64,000 nt of DNA from an uncultured Candidatus Saccharibacteria bacterium (GTDB lineage Bacteria; Patescibacteriota; Minisyncoccia; Phycocordibacterales; Phycocordibacteraceae), in contig CAYGGK010000001.1 of NCBI GenBank assembly GCA_964349555.1, positions 49,486 to 113,485 of the forward strand. Direction: 5' to 3'. Shown one piece after another: positions 17,763-27,525 of this stretch (position 1 is the stretch's first letter; each line of letters starts with the position of its first letter). Both the position numbers and the translations under genes were made by a program. The notes under the pieces were generated by a model. The model had not been told where the DNA came from, ran no database searches, and saw nothing but the letters and a program-made list of their open reading frames with translations.

Positions 17763-17834
17763 AGGCCCGAGCGGGAATTGAACCCGCGCGTAACGGTTTT
17801 GCAGACCGTCGTGTTACCACTTCACCATCGGGCC
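17763..17834 (-). tRNA. tRNA-Cys (anticodon GCA)
   Basis: Acceptor GGCCCGA/TCGGGCC, anticodon stem ACGGT/ACCGT, loop CTGCAAA, T-arm GCGGG TTCAATT CCCGC, discriminator U. Confidence 0.8.
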
Positions 17835-17848
17835 GTCCGCTGATGATA

Positions 17849-18181
17849 CTAGTTTTTATGAGATTCGCCCAGCGGCTCATTGTTGTCGAGGAGGAAGTCA
17901 ATGCGAGGAAGGCGCAGACGCGAGTGGCTCTTCAGATAATCTGAGAATGCCTCACGCTTGCGCGCGAGGAAGGCGAGCGCGGCGCGAGCCTTCTCTACGG
18001 GGAAGACGCTGACGAAGATCACTATACGCTCCCCGTGCGATACGCCCTCTGCCCGAATGACGGTGATGAGCGAGTCAGTCCCCGCTTCTCTCGCGATAAA
18101 CTGCGCCGCTTCGCGCGCGACAATTTCGACGGCTCGACCGGCCTGTTTCCGCGGGCTTCGACTCCGTGCGTCTGGGTTCAT
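17849..18181 (-). CDS. rbfA: Ribosome-binding factor A
   Basis: 110-aa protein immediately downstream of infB, the conserved infB-rbfA order. Has an RbfA-like KH-domain pattern and 4-nt overlap with infB. Confidence 0.6.
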   Translation of the reverse strand: MNPDARSRSPRKQAGRAVEIVAREAAQFIAREAGTDSLITVIRAEGVSHGERIVIFVSVFPVEKARAALAFLARKREAFSDYLKSHSRLRLPRIDFLLDNNEPLGESHKN

Positions 18182-19647
18182 GATTCGGTAACGACAAAGG
18201 CAACGAGTTCGTCGCCGTACGCCGCGTTCTCGCGCGCCTCAATCTCCACGCCGAAGTCGCCTTCGGTCTTTATCTCCTTCACGTCTGCGCGCGCTTGCTG
18301 AAGATTTTTAATACTGCCTCGCGTGAGCTCATCCTCTCGGCGGAGCACCTTCACGCGATTCCCAACAGTGAACATACCTGACACATAGCGCGCGCCCAGA
18401 ACCTGCTTTTTCGCTCCGAGCGAAAAAGTTTTGAGCACCATTGCGCGCCCAAGCTCTTTCTCCACCGCGACGGTGGGCACTTTTGCGTCCAGAAGGGTTC
18501 TCACCTTTTCAGATAATTCGTAAATGATAGAGAAAGAAAGCACCGGAATATTCTCTCGTTCAGCGAGGTCGCGCGCGACGGCGTCGGTCCCGACGTTGAA
18601 GGCGATTATTGTTCCGCCGCCAGCCTTTGCCGTCTTCACGTCCGTTTCCGACACACTCCCGACGCCGGAAGAAATGACGCGGACGGATGCGCTCTCGTGA
18701 GTAATTTTGGACAGTTCGTGGGCGATAGCGTCAATGGAGCCGGCGACGTCGGCCTTCACGACGAGTGGGAGTTCGGCTATTCCCTCGACCGAAACGCCTC
18801 GCTCCGGCGCTTCGCCAAATGATGTTGCGTTTTTCCGTGCGAGCGCCTCCGCCTCTTTTTTATTTTTTACCACGCTGAAGAGCGCGCCCGCCGTCGGCAA
18901 CTTGCTGAATCCTGAAATACGAGCCGGCTCCGATGGCCCAGCGTGTGGGACACGTGTGCCGCGAAAGTCCTCAATGAAGCGTATGGGCGCATAGGCGTCG
19001 CCCGCGACGACGAACCCGTCCAGAGAGAGAGTGCCGTCTTTCACGATGAGTGTTGCGGAGGCACCGCGCCTCGGGTCCTGTGTTGATTCCAGCACAAAAC
19101 CGGTTGCGCTTACTGAAGGGTCTGCGGTAATCTCGGCTAGGTCGGCCGCGAGTAGGACGAGGTCCAGAAGCTCAGAAATACCCTCGCCAGTCTTGGAAGA
19201 TATTTGCGCATACGCGATTTCTCCGCCCATTCCTTCAATAAATATTTCATTCTCAATAAGCGAATTTTTCGTGCGGGCGATGTCCGCGTTATTTTTATCA
19301 ATCTTTGTAATCGCGATTATGAAAGGGATGCTGGCCTCTTTAATCGCCGTAAGTGCGTCGAGCGTCTGTGGCATCACTCCTTCGTCCGCGGCAACGACTA
19401 GAATGGCGATATCCGCGGCCGCCGCCCCGCGCGTGCGGAGCGCCTTAAACGCCTCGTGTCCCGGCGTGTCAAGAAAGGTGATCGGCCGCTCGCTGTGGAG
19501 CGCGATATACGCGGCAACGTGCTGGGTAATACCGCCAGCCTCGCCCGCGACGATATTTTCCTTCCGGATGTAATCCAGAAGAGAAGACTTCCCGTGGTCT
19601 ATGTGACCCATCACCGCGATGACGGGCGGTCGTGCGGTCCGCGCCAT
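18178..19647 (-). CDS. infB: Translation initiation factor IF-2 (short form)
   Basis: G-domain VIAVMGHIDHGKSSLLD, DTPGHEAF, TKID. C-terminal IF-2 beta-barrel. Lacks the long N-terminal region. Confidence 0.9.
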   Translation of the reverse strand: MARTARPPVIAVMGHIDHGKSSLLDYIRKENIVAGEAGGITQHVAAYIALHSERPITFLDTPGHEAFKALRTRGAAAADIAILVVAADEGVMPQTLDALTAIKEASIPFIIAITKIDKNNADIARTKNSLIENEIFIEGMGGEIAYAQISSKTGEGISELLDLVLLAADLAEITADPSVSATGFVLESTQDPRRGASATLIVKDGTLSLDGFVVAGDAYAPIRFIEDFRGTRVPHAGPSEPARISGFSKLPTAGALFSVVKNKKEAEALARKNATSFGEAPERGVSVEGIAELPLVVKADVAGSIDAIAHELSKITHESASVRVISSGVGSVSETDVKTAKAGGGTIIAFNVGTDAVARDLAERENIPVLSFSIIYELSEKVRTLLDAKVPTVAVEKELGRAMVLKTFSLGAKKQVLGARYVSGMFTVGNRVKVLRREDELTRGSIKNLQQARADVKEIKTEGDFGVEIEARENAAYGDELVAFVVTES

Positions 19648-19716
19648 AATGGCTCTATTTCATCACAAAAATCACTTTGCCGCAATCTTTTGCGCAATTT
19701 TTGTTAGAATGAACGG

Positions 19717-20892
19717 ATGTTTTGGAAACGAAGGTCTTACTTTGATTATGCCGCTGGCGCGAGCGGGAACCCTTCATCGCCGCACGAAGAGGGGAGGCGG
19801 GCAAAGAAAATGTTGGAAGATGCGCGTACGAGTATTGCGCGACTCGTTGAAGTACAGTCCGATGATGTGCTCTTCACGAGCGGCGCAACTGAGGCAAACG
19901 CGCTTGCTATCCTCGGACACGTGCGGGCCCTGCGTGCTGAAGGAAGGAACGACATTCATATATTGTATCTGCCAAGCGCACACGCGTCGGTGGTGGAAAA
20001 TGCAAAGATATTGGAGACGGAGAACGTTTCGGTTGAAGCTCTGCCGATTAAAGATTGCCGCGTTGATACCGAAGCGCTCGCGAAGGCGCTTCGCTCAGAG
20101 ACGGCGCTCATAACAATGGACGCGGTCTGCGGCGAGACGGGAGTTATATGGAATACGCGCGAGGTGGCAAATACGATTCAGGCCGCTTCGAAAATACCGT
20201 TTTCGCGCTCGCTCGAGGCACGGCAGCCACTCGCAACGAAAACGGCATTTCCGTCGCGGCCCCTGCTGCATGTAGACGCAAGTCAGGCGCCCCTGACCGA
20301 GAAAATAACGCGCGCGCATTTCGGTGCGGATATGTTGACATTGGACGCATCAAAAGTCGGTGAGGTTCGCGGTATCGGTAGCCTCGTTGCGCACAGAACA
20401 ATTCCACTCGCTCCTCTGTATGGCGGCGGAGGGCAGGAGCGCGGACTGCGCCCTGGGAGCGAGACCCCAGAGCTTGCGAAGGAGTTCGCAGAGAGTCTAC
20501 ACGCCGCTACGCACGGTCGCGAAGCGTTTCGCGCATCCGCCACGCGCGCGCGAGCAGGGCTCGTACGTCATCTCACCCCTTCTATTCAGAATATTTTTAT
20601 AAACGAATCTCGTACACAAGCTCCGCACATCCTTAACCTCTCCCTCCCCGGCCGCGACACCGACTACCTCGTCGCGCTTATGGACGGAGAGGGCTTCGCC
20701 GTCTCTACGCGTAGCGCGTGCGAGACCGACTCAGAGGAAGGTTCACGGGCGGTTCTCGCTCTCTCCGGCAACCTGGAGCGCGCGCGAGCGACACTGCGCA
20801 TATCGTGGGGTCCTCGTGCGCGCGCGAGCGAATTCTCCCGTTTCGCACATACGCTTGTGCGAGCAGTCGCATTTATTGACAACAAGGGTTGA
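19717..20892 (+). CDS. Cysteine desulfurase (NifS/IscS-like, class V aminotransferase)
   Basis: FTSGATEANALA, a PLP-lysine region (LDASKVGEVRGIGSL), C-terminal active-site Cys region. Confidence 0.75.
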   Translation: MFWKRRSYFDYAAGASGNPSSPHEEGRRAKKMLEDARTSIARLVEVQSDDVLFTSGATEANALAILGHVRALRAEGRNDIHILYLPSAHASVVENAKILETENVSVEALPIKDCRVDTEALAKALRSETALITMDAVCGETGVIWNTREVANTIQAASKIPFSRSLEARQPLATKTAFPSRPLLHVDASQAPLTEKITRAHFGADMLTLDASKVGEVRGIGSLVAHRTIPLAPLYGGGGQERGLRPGSETPELAKEFAESLHAATHGREAFRASATRARAGLVRHLTPSIQNIFINESRTQAPHILNLSLPGRDTDYLVALMDGEGFAVSTRSACETDSEEGSRAVLALSGNLERARATLRISWGPRARASEFSRFAHTLVRAVAFIDNKG

Positions 20893-20910
20893 CGGTAGCA
20901 TCATGGTTGT

Positions 20911-21666
20911 ATGAACATAGAAGAACTCTCCAAATCCCAACTCATTCTGCTCACGATTCTCGTGAACTTCGTCACCTCCGTCGCGACTGGAATCTTGACG
21001 GTTTCCCTACTTGACCGCGCGCCGTCATTTGTCACTCAAACAGTCAATCGCGTCGTGGAGCACACCATTGAGACCATTGCGCAGGCAACGCCTACGATTA
21101 TTCAAGCCCCCGCACCCTCCAACCAGGACCTGGTCACTGCGGCGATAGGATCGGCGGCCATTCGCGCAGTCGCCATTTATTCCGCAGAAACCGGCACCTC
21201 AACGCCGGCTCTTTCCGTCGGTACGTATATTCCCAAAGCGCGCGCCATCGCCACCGCCACGCAAGGCGCTTTGCCCAAAGAGGCACTTATAGAATTTCCG
21301 GGCGGTCTCTATATTCCCGCATCACTTGCGCAGGAGGGCGGCGGCGTCGCTATTTACGGTTTCGCAGATGATGCCATTCTGCCAAAGGGTACGTCGCCTG
21401 TTTTGGTGGCCGCGAGCGACTTAAAGCTCGGAGAGACCGTTCTTGCTCTTGGTGCCGATGGTTCGGCTTCTACCGGCATAGTCGCGCGGGTGGGCGGCGA
21501 GAACATTTACACGACACTGCCGGACATAGGCGCGGGAAGCGGCGCGGTGAACCTCTCCGGCAATCTCATCGGCATCGGTGTCGGAGTGAAGCCTGGGCTC
21601 CTCATTTCCGCGGGTAGGATCAGCGCACTTCTCACGGCGACCACGACTTCAGCACAATCGCGTTAA
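20911..21666 (+). CDS. Membrane-anchored protein with degenerate trypsin-like fold (probably non-catalytic)
   Basis: N-terminal TM. GAGSGAVNLSGNLIGIGV echoes the GDSGGP...G.VIGI motif of trypsin-like proteases, but the Ser and His positions are not conserved. Confidence 0.3.
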   Translation: MNIEELSKSQLILLTILVNFVTSVATGILTVSLLDRAPSFVTQTVNRVVEHTIETIAQATPTIIQAPAPSNQDLVTAAIGSAAIRAVAIYSAETGTSTPALSVGTYIPKARAIATATQGALPKEALIEFPGGLYIPASLAQEGGGVAIYGFADDAILPKGTSPVLVAASDLKLGETVLALGADGSASTGIVARVGGENIYTTLPDIGAGSGAVNLSGNLIGIGVGVKPGLLISAGRISALLTATTTSAQSR

Positions 21667-21678
21667 GACATACCACAC

Positions 21679-24390
21679 ATGCCTCCATTCAATAATTTCA
21701 CCACAAAAGCAAAAGAGGCCGTGCGTCGAGCGCATGAGCTCGCGATAGAACGCGGACAAAACCACGTCTCGCCGCTCCACTTGCTCGCCGCTCTCGTTCT
21801 CCAAGAGGAATCGCTCGTCTTCTCGATGCTCGACCGTATGGAAATTGACACCGTTGCACTTGCAGACTCGGTACTTGAACACTTGGAGACGCCCGAGACC
21901 GCCACCGTGCTCTCACCCTCATACCAGATATATCTCACACCGGATCTTGCGCAGGCACTTGAAGCATCGGGGAAAATAGCCGCGCGCATGAACGACACCT
22001 TCGTCGGCACCGAGCATCTTTTCCTAGCGGTCATTGAGCACCCCGGACAAGCCGCTGATATTTTCACGCGTTTTTCCATAGGTAGAGACGCGGCGCTTGC
22101 CATCCTCAAGGAACTCAAGAGCTCAAAGGACGGACAAACGGCGGAGCCGAAACGTTTCCGCGCGCTCGCCAAGTACGCCCGCAACCTCACCAAGCTCGCT
22201 TCAGAGAACAAACTGGACCCGGTTATCGGTCGCGATGTTGAGATTAACAGAGTCATTCAAATCCTCGCGCGCCGAACCAAGAATAATCCAATACTTATCG
22301 GCGAAGCGGGAGTAGGGAAGACCGCCATTGCCGAAGGTCTTGCCGCGCGCATGGCCACCGGCGATGTCCCGCAATCACTAAAAGGAAAAGAGCTTCTCTC
22401 GCTCGATCTTGGGCTTATGGTCGCTGGTACGAAGTATCGCGGCGAATTTGAAGAACGGATGAAAAGTGTGATGAAGGAAGTTGAGCGATCAGAAGGGAAG
22501 GCGATCCTCTTCATTGACGAACTCCATACACTTGTCGGTGCCGGAGGCGCCGAGGGTTCTCTAGACGCCTCAAATATGCTGAAGCCCGCGCTTTCGCGCG
22601 GAGATATCCGTGTCATCGGCGCAACCACACTCAAGGAATATCAAAAATATATAGAAAAAGACGCCGCGCTTACCCGCCGCTTCCAGTCAGTGTTCGTACA
22701 GGAGCCGTCGATAGAGGACGGTATCGCCATTTTGCGCGGACTTCGCGACAAGTATGAGCTCTTTCACGGCGTGCGTATCACCGATGGCGCTATCGTTGCG
22801 GCCGTTGAGCTCTCGGCGCGCTACATTAGCGATCGATTTTTACCGGACAAGGCTATTGACCTCATTGATGAAGCGGCCTCCGGACTGCGCATCGCGCTTG
22901 AGAACAAGCCGCCGCTTCTTGATGAAACCGACCGAAAAATTCGCCGTCTGGAAATTGAGCGGCAGGCGCTCCAGAAGGACGCAGAGCTCGCGTCCGCCGG
23001 AGGCGCTACCGCTTCGGGTGGAAAGGAAATCAAAGAGCGTATCAAAGAGATAGATACTGAAGTCGCCGACTTGAAGGAGACAACGAGCGAACTTGAGCTC
23101 AAGTGGAAGAATGAAAAAGAAGTACTTGAAGGTATTCGTGCGGATAAGACCGAGCTTGAGAAGTTGAAAATACAAGCGGACAACGCCGAGATGACGGCCG
23201 ACCTCGGGACGGTCGCAGAGATACGGTATGGCAAGATGCCCCACTTACAAAAAGATTTAGAAACCAAGCTCAAGCGTTTAAAGACGCTCCAAAAGTCGCG
23301 GCGCGTGCTGAACGAAGAGGTGGCTGAGCAGGACATCGCGTCGGTTGTGAGCCGTTGGACCGGCATTCCTGTTGCGCGGATGCTTGAGGAAGAGGCGTCA
23401 AAGCTCTCGCGTATGGAGGAGTGGCTCAGAAACAGCATTATCGGACAGGACAGCGCGGTGAAAAAAGTCACCGATGCCGTGAAGCGCTCCAGAGTGGGCA
23501 TCTCTGACCCGAACCGTCCGATTGGCTCGTTCCTCTTCCTCGGTCCCACTGGCGTGGGGAAGACTGAACTCTCCAAGAAACTTGCGGAGTTTATGTTTAA
23601 TGATGTGGATGCGCTTGTCCGCGTTGATATGAGCGAATTTATGGAGAAACACTCGGTTGCGAAGCTTATTGGCGCGCCGCCGGGCTACGTTGGATATGAA
23701 GAAGCGGGTACCTTGACCGAGCGCATACGACATCGTCCGTACGCGGTAGTGCTCTTTGACGAGATAGAAAAGGCGCACCCGGAAGTATTCAATATTCTCC
23801 TCCAGGTGCTCGACTCCGGCCACCTCACCGACGGCAAGGGTCGCAAGATTAATTTCAAGAACACTATTATCGTGCTCACTTCAAATATCGGCGGTGAGTT
23901 CATAGACCGCCTCGCGCACATCGGTTTTGGGAAGGCTGGTGCGACCGACGCGACGCGTTACGAGGAGACGAAGGAGAAGGTGATGGGAGCGCTTAAAGAA
24001 CACTTCCGACCCGAGTTTCTTAATCGCCTTGATGACATTATTATCTTTGATGTGCTCGCGAAGGAGGCACTCGCGCGCATTGTTGATACGCAGATTGAAG
24101 AGGTGATGAAACGGCTCACGCAGAAGCGCATCGCGCTTGTTATAGAACCGCCCGTGCGAACATGGCTCGCAGAGAAGGGATATAATCCACAGTACGGCGC
24201 CCGCCCCCTACGTCGCACTATCCAGGACAAGATACTGACGCCGCTTGCCTCAATGATGGTTGAACAGGGCCTCATGGAAGGCGGCACCGTCACGGTCTCC
24301 ATTAAAAATGACGAGCCGCATTTTGACGTGAAGAAGAAGTTGACTAGAACGAAACCCAAAAGCGCGAAAAAAGAGACCAGCATTGCCTAA
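21679..24390 (+). CDS. clpB: ATP-dependent chaperone ClpB
   Basis: N-domain, two AAA+ modules ([30 protein letters not shown]), long M-domain coiled coil, sensor-2. Confidence 0.95.
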   Translation: MPPFNNFTTKAKEAVRRAHELAIERGQNHVSPLHLLAALVLQEESLVFSMLDRMEIDTVALADSVLEHLETPETATVLSPSYQIYLTPDLAQALEASGKIAARMNDTFVGTEHLFLAVIEHPGQAADIFTRFSIGRDAALAILKELKSSKDGQTAEPKRFRALAKYARNLTKLASENKLDPVIGRDVEINRVIQILARRTKNNPILIGEAGVGKTAIAEGLAARMATGDVPQSLKGKELLSLDLGLMVAGTKYRGEFEERMKSVMKEVERSEGKAILFIDELHTLVGAGGAEGSLDASNMLKPALSRGDIRVIGATTLKEYQKYIEKDAALTRRFQSVFVQEPSIEDGIAILRGLRDKYELFHGVRITDGAIVAAVELSARYISDRFLPDKAIDLIDEAASGLRIALENKPPLLDETDRKIRRLEIERQALQKDAELASAGGATASGGKEIKERIKEIDTEVADLKETTSELELKWKNEKEVLEGIRADKTELEKLKIQADNAEMTADLGTVAEIRYGKMPHLQKDLETKLKRLKTLQKSRRVLNEEVAEQDIASVVSRWTGIPVARMLEEEASKLSRMEEWLRNSIIGQDSAVKKVTDAVKRSRVGISDPNRPIGSFLFLGPTGVGKTELSKKLAEFMFNDVDALVRVDMSEFMEKHSVAKLIGAPPGYVGYEEAGTLTERIRHRPYAVVLFDEIEKAHPEVFNILLQVLDSGHLTDGKGRKINFKNTIIVLTSNIGGEFIDRLAHIGFGKAGATDATRYEETKEKVMGALKEHFRPEFLNRLDDIIIFDVLAKEALARIVDTQIEEVMKRLTQKRIALVIEPPVRTWLAEKGYNPQYGARPLRRTIQDKILTPLASMMVEQGLMEGGTVTVSIKNDEPHFDVKKKLTRTKPKSAKKETSIA

Positions 24391-24417
24391 ACCTTTAGTT
24401 TCTGTTAGATTCTTTGT

Positions 24418-24573
24418 ATGTCACAAGACCGCCTACTCCGGCTCAAGTCCACGAAGTCCAGCCACGTCGTCTGGACTCGCAAGAATAAGAAAAAGGTGGA
24501 ACGGAAAATAGAACTTATGAAGTTCGACCCCACGCTCCGCAAACGCGTACTCTTTAAAGAAACGAAGAAGTAA
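24418..24573 (+). CDS. rpmG: 50S ribosomal protein L33 (Cys-less form)
   Basis: 51-aa ORF, below the ORF-track cutoff and translated by hand: MSQDRLLRLKSTKSSHVVWTRKNKKKVERKIELMKFDPTLRKRVLFKETKK. Matches the L33 pattern without the zinc ribbon. Confidence 0.7.
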   Translation: MSQDRLLRLKSTKSSHVVWTRKNKKKVERKIELMKFDPTLRKRVLFKETKK

Positions 24574-24597
24574 TCTAGTGTGCTATCGTTTTGTCGA

Positions 24598-24668
24598 GGG
24601 CCTATAGTTTAGCGGTAAAACAGCGGTCTCCAAAACCGCCGTCCCAGGTTCGAGTCCTGGTGGGCCCG
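24598..24668 (+). tRNA. tRNA-Trp (anticodon CCA)
   Basis: Acceptor GGGCCTA/TGGGCCC, anticodon stem GCGGT/ACCGC, loop CTCCAAA, T-arm CCAGG TTCGAGT CCTGG. Confidence 0.8.
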
Positions 24669-24719
24669 CACGGTGGGGAAAATCATATTCTCCCTCTAGA
24701 TACGCGGTATACTATCTCT

Positions 24720-25733
24720 ATGCGTTCCCGCACAGCTCTGTTTGCACTCTTGCTCGTCGCGGGCTCTCTCGCGTTGCCTCTCGTCGCGCAGGCGGGCATC
24801 CCATTCTTCGGTCCAATCATCGAGCCTAATATTTCGAACATTGCAACGAATTCCCAGTATTGTCCTCTGGGTTGGGGTGCAGTCATCGTCGTTATCAATA
24901 ACATAATCAGCCTCCTTATAACGCTCGCTATCGTCTTTGTTGCGCCACTGATGATCGCATGGGCCGGTTTTCTTCTTGTCGTAAATCCGGTGAATGCGGG
25001 CGGGAAAGAAGAAGCGAAAAAGATTCTTACTAATACCGTTGTCGGCATCGTTCTCGCGCTTGCGGGTTACATGATAGTGGCCGCGCTCATGGCAGTTCTC
25101 TACGATTCTAGGGAGGTGGGTAAAACATGGACACAACTCATTACCTCAGGTGGCCTAGACCCCTGCATGGAGATTGCCGGGAGCCTCAACCAAGCTCAGC
25201 AGGAAGCCGGAGCTCCGACTCCAGGTGTTGCCGTAGCCCCAGGCGCGTGTCCGGCGCCGCTTTCGTCGCTTACCGACCCGTCCGCGACTCAAATGGAAGG
25301 AGGGCAGACTGTGATATGGACTAATACCGACCCTCGGCTACAAGCATGCGCAAACAAATTCATAAGAGACGCAGGTGGCGGCAGTGTTACTTCTGCATAC
25401 AGGCCGCAATCGTATCAGACGCATTTATGGGAGATACATGACCGATGGTGTACGCAGGGTTTGAAATCTAATTCGGACCCAGTATGCAGTTCTCTCAGAG
25501 ATACTGTTTCTCAGGAAGTGGCAAAGCACGGCCTTTCCTCCTGTGGCTCCGTTGCTCAAAATGCCTCTAATCATGGCAATCCACAGGGCGCGAGCATTGG
25601 AGTCGATATTAGTCTTACCAGTGGTGATTATAGCGGGACACAAACGTTGGCGTCGCAATCGTGTCTTACATGGGCAAATTATCCAGGAGATCAATGGCAC
25701 TACAACCTTAAATCTAGCTGTTCGTGCCAATAA
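24720..25733 (+). CDS. Secreted or membrane fusion protein: N-terminal pilin-like two-TM module plus C-terminal Cys-rich M15 (VanY-like) peptidoglycan peptidase domain
   Basis: Signal peptide. Two TM helices around the loop NPVNAGGKEEAKKIL. The C-terminus has SAYRPQSYQ (SxYRS...Q), GASIGVDIS (G.A.DI) and DQWHYN (WHY), matching the three M15 zinc-binding signatures; many Cys. The start was trimmed to 24720, downstream of tRNA-Trp. Confidence 0.55.
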   Translation: MRSRTALFALLLVAGSLALPLVAQAGIPFFGPIIEPNISNIATNSQYCPLGWGAVIVVINNIISLLITLAIVFVAPLMIAWAGFLLVVNPVNAGGKEEAKKILTNTVVGIVLALAGYMIVAALMAVLYDSREVGKTWTQLITSGGLDPCMEIAGSLNQAQQEAGAPTPGVAVAPGACPAPLSSLTDPSATQMEGGQTVIWTNTDPRLQACANKFIRDAGGGSVTSAYRPQSYQTHLWEIHDRWCTQGLKSNSDPVCSSLRDTVSQEVAKHGLSSCGSVAQNASNHGNPQGASIGVDISLTSGDYSGTQTLASQSCLTWANYPGDQWHYNLKSSCSCQ

Positions 25734-25743
25734 AAGACAGAAG

Positions 25744-26634
25744 TTAAGACACTGTGTGTCCTAGCTTACGGAGCCAAGCCTTCTGGCGGCGGGCGTACTG
25801 CCAGAGTTTTGCTGAGAGGGTGGGGAAGAGAGATTCTTCGGCGCGCTCCTTTCGTAGAAATTCGCCGATGATTTTGTACTCAAGACCAAGCTCGTTCAGA
25901 CGCTCATCGCCCACCTCTTCGCGTACGCGGCGCACCTCGTCAATAAGCCCCCGCTCAAGCGCGCTTTTGAGACGTGTGTCTATCCGCGCGCGCAGTTCCT
26001 CGCGCGAGGGGTCAATTACAATCCATTCAATCAGGTATCTCAAAGATATGCCTATAGGTACGTCTTTGGGACACCTCAACGGAACAGTGCCGAGGAACTC
26101 GATGATTTCGAGCGCGCGGATGAGGCGTCGGCGGTTCTGCGGGTCAAGCTCGCTTGCGCGCCGCGGGTCTACTTCTCTAATTCGCGCGAATAGTTCCTCA
26201 GTGGGGAGTGCCTCAAGCTCCTCGCGTAGTGCAGGATTAGCATCAACTCCCGTCGGGAGGCCGCGGAGCAAGGCGTCAAAATAAAAGTGCGTCCCACCGA
26301 CAAGGATCGGGAGTTTCCCGCGAGACGATATTTCCTCAATCAGGCGCGTCGCATCGGCCACGAAATCTCCGGCGGAGTACTTCTCGCTCGCGCCACGGAT
26401 ATCAATAAGGTGATGCGGAACCCCCTGCATTTCTTCAAGCGTTATTTTCTCAGTGCCGATATCAAGCCCGCGATATACCTGTCGTGAGTCAACCGAGATC
26501 ACCTCGCTCATGAAGGGTTTCGTAAATCCTTCATTTGATGAAGGATTTACGAAACCCTTCAAAGCAATTTCAACGGCCCGAGAGGATTTACCCGAGGCGG
26601 TGGGGCCGGCTATGCAGAGGATTTGTGTTGCCAT
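25744..26634 (-). CDS. miaA: tRNA dimethylallyltransferase
   Basis: P-loop ILCIAGPTASGKSS and ISVDSRQVYRGLDIGTEK, HHLIDI. Carries a 16-aa in-frame insertion right after the P-loop. Confidence 0.85.
   Translation of the reverse strand: MATQILCIAGPTASGKSSRAVEIALKGFVNPSSNEGFTKPFMSEVISVDSRQVYRGLDIGTEKITLEEMQGVPHHLIDIRGASEKYSAGDFVADATRLIEEISSRGKLPILVGGTHFYFDALLRGLPTGVDANPALREELEALPTEELFARIREVDPRRASELDPQNRRRLIRALEIIEFLGTVPLRCPKDVPIGISLRYLIEWIVIDPSREELRARIDTRLKSALERGLIDEVRRVREEVGDERLNELGLEYKIIGEFLRKERAEESLFPTLSAKLWQYARRQKAWLRKLGHTVS
26511..26561. repeat. Perfect palindrome (23-bp arms TGAAGGGTTTCGTAAATCCTTCA / TGAAGGATTTACGAAACCCTTCA, 5-nt spacer) inserted in-frame within miaA
   Basis: Seen directly; it encodes the extra GFVNPSSNEGFTKPF segment. 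Confidence 0.85.
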
Positions 26635-26676
26635 TAAGCGCGATGGTATCATGATAGTGAGGTAACCAATACACAT

Positions 26677-27336
26677 ATGAAAGAGACCAAAAGTAATTAT
26701 TGCGGGCACTGCGGAGAGTTCCACGACACGGTTCGTGACTACTCCTCAATGGTGAAGGTTGGAGAACCCGTACCAGACTTTGAATTTGAAGTGTTCCATA
26801 AAGACACGATTACAACGATGAGCTTGTTGCAACTGCGCGGGAAATGGGCGATCATCGTTTTCTATCCGGCCGACTTCACCTTCATCTGCCCGACTGAACT
26901 TGAAGAATTGGCGGAGCTGTATCCGAAGTTCCAAGGGCTGAACGCAGAAATCATCTCTGTCTCGACCGACACCGTCTTCACGCACAAGGCGTGGCATGAT
27001 GCGTCGAGCGGTATTAAGGCGATCAAGTATCCGATGGCGGCCGACCCTTCGGGTAAACTCGCTCGCGCGTTCGGCGTTCTCATTGAAGGAGAGGAGACGG
27101 CACTTGCGCCGGACGAAGGTCTTGCTCTCCGCGGGACATTCATCATTGACCCTGCGGGCATTCTGCGCGGAGCGGAGATTAACGACAACTCAATCGGCCG
27201 CAAAGGCTCGGAGACTTTGCGTAAGCTCCAGGCGGCGCAGTACGTGGAAACGCACAAGGGCCAAGTCTGTCCGGCTTCGTGGGAGCCAGGTTCCGACACA
27301 CTCGAACCGGGCCTGGACTTAGTGGGGAAGTTATAA
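26677..27336 (+). CDS. Typical 2-Cys peroxiredoxin (AhpC/TSA family) with N-terminal CxxC-containing extension
   Basis: FYPADFTFICPTELE peroxidatic Cys motif and resolving Cys near the C-terminus (VCP). An alternative start at 26749 is possible. Confidence 0.85.
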   Translation: MKETKSNYCGHCGEFHDTVRDYSSMVKVGEPVPDFEFEVFHKDTITTMSLLQLRGKWAIIVFYPADFTFICPTELEELAELYPKFQGLNAEIISVSTDTVFTHKAWHDASSGIKAIKYPMAADPSGKLARAFGVLIEGEETALAPDEGLALRGTFIIDPAGILRGAEINDNSIGRKGSETLRKLQAAQYVETHKGQVCPASWEPGSDTLEPGLDLVGKL

Positions 27337-27380
27337 GATAAGAGTCATTCGACGAACAATATGCTAATCTGCACCTCATT

Positions 27381-27462
27381 GCCGGGGTGGCGGAATCGGT
27401 AGACGCAAGGGATTCAAAACCCCTCGTCGCAAGACGTGAGAGTTCGAGTCTCTCCCCCGGCA
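27381..27462 (+). tRNA. tRNA-Leu (anticodon CAA)
   Basis: Acceptor GCCGGGG/CCCCGGC, anticodon loop TTCAAAA, long variable arm, T-arm GAGAG TTCGAGT CTCTC. Confidence 0.75.
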
Positions 27463-27525
27463 CACGAACCAGTAGAAGTTCGCATGGGTACATGCTCCCC
27501 CGGCACCTGTGTTAAAATATTTTGT

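Noticed and set aside
22821-23576. 251-aa minus-strand ORF inside clpB
   Set aside because: Antisense to clpB; low-complexity Ser-rich translation.
24591-24719. 5' extension of the ORF at 24591 overlapping tRNA-Trp
   Set aside because: It would translate through the tRNA gene. An in-frame ATG at 24720 with a typical signal peptide (MRSRTALFALLLVAGSLALPLVAQA) is the credible start.
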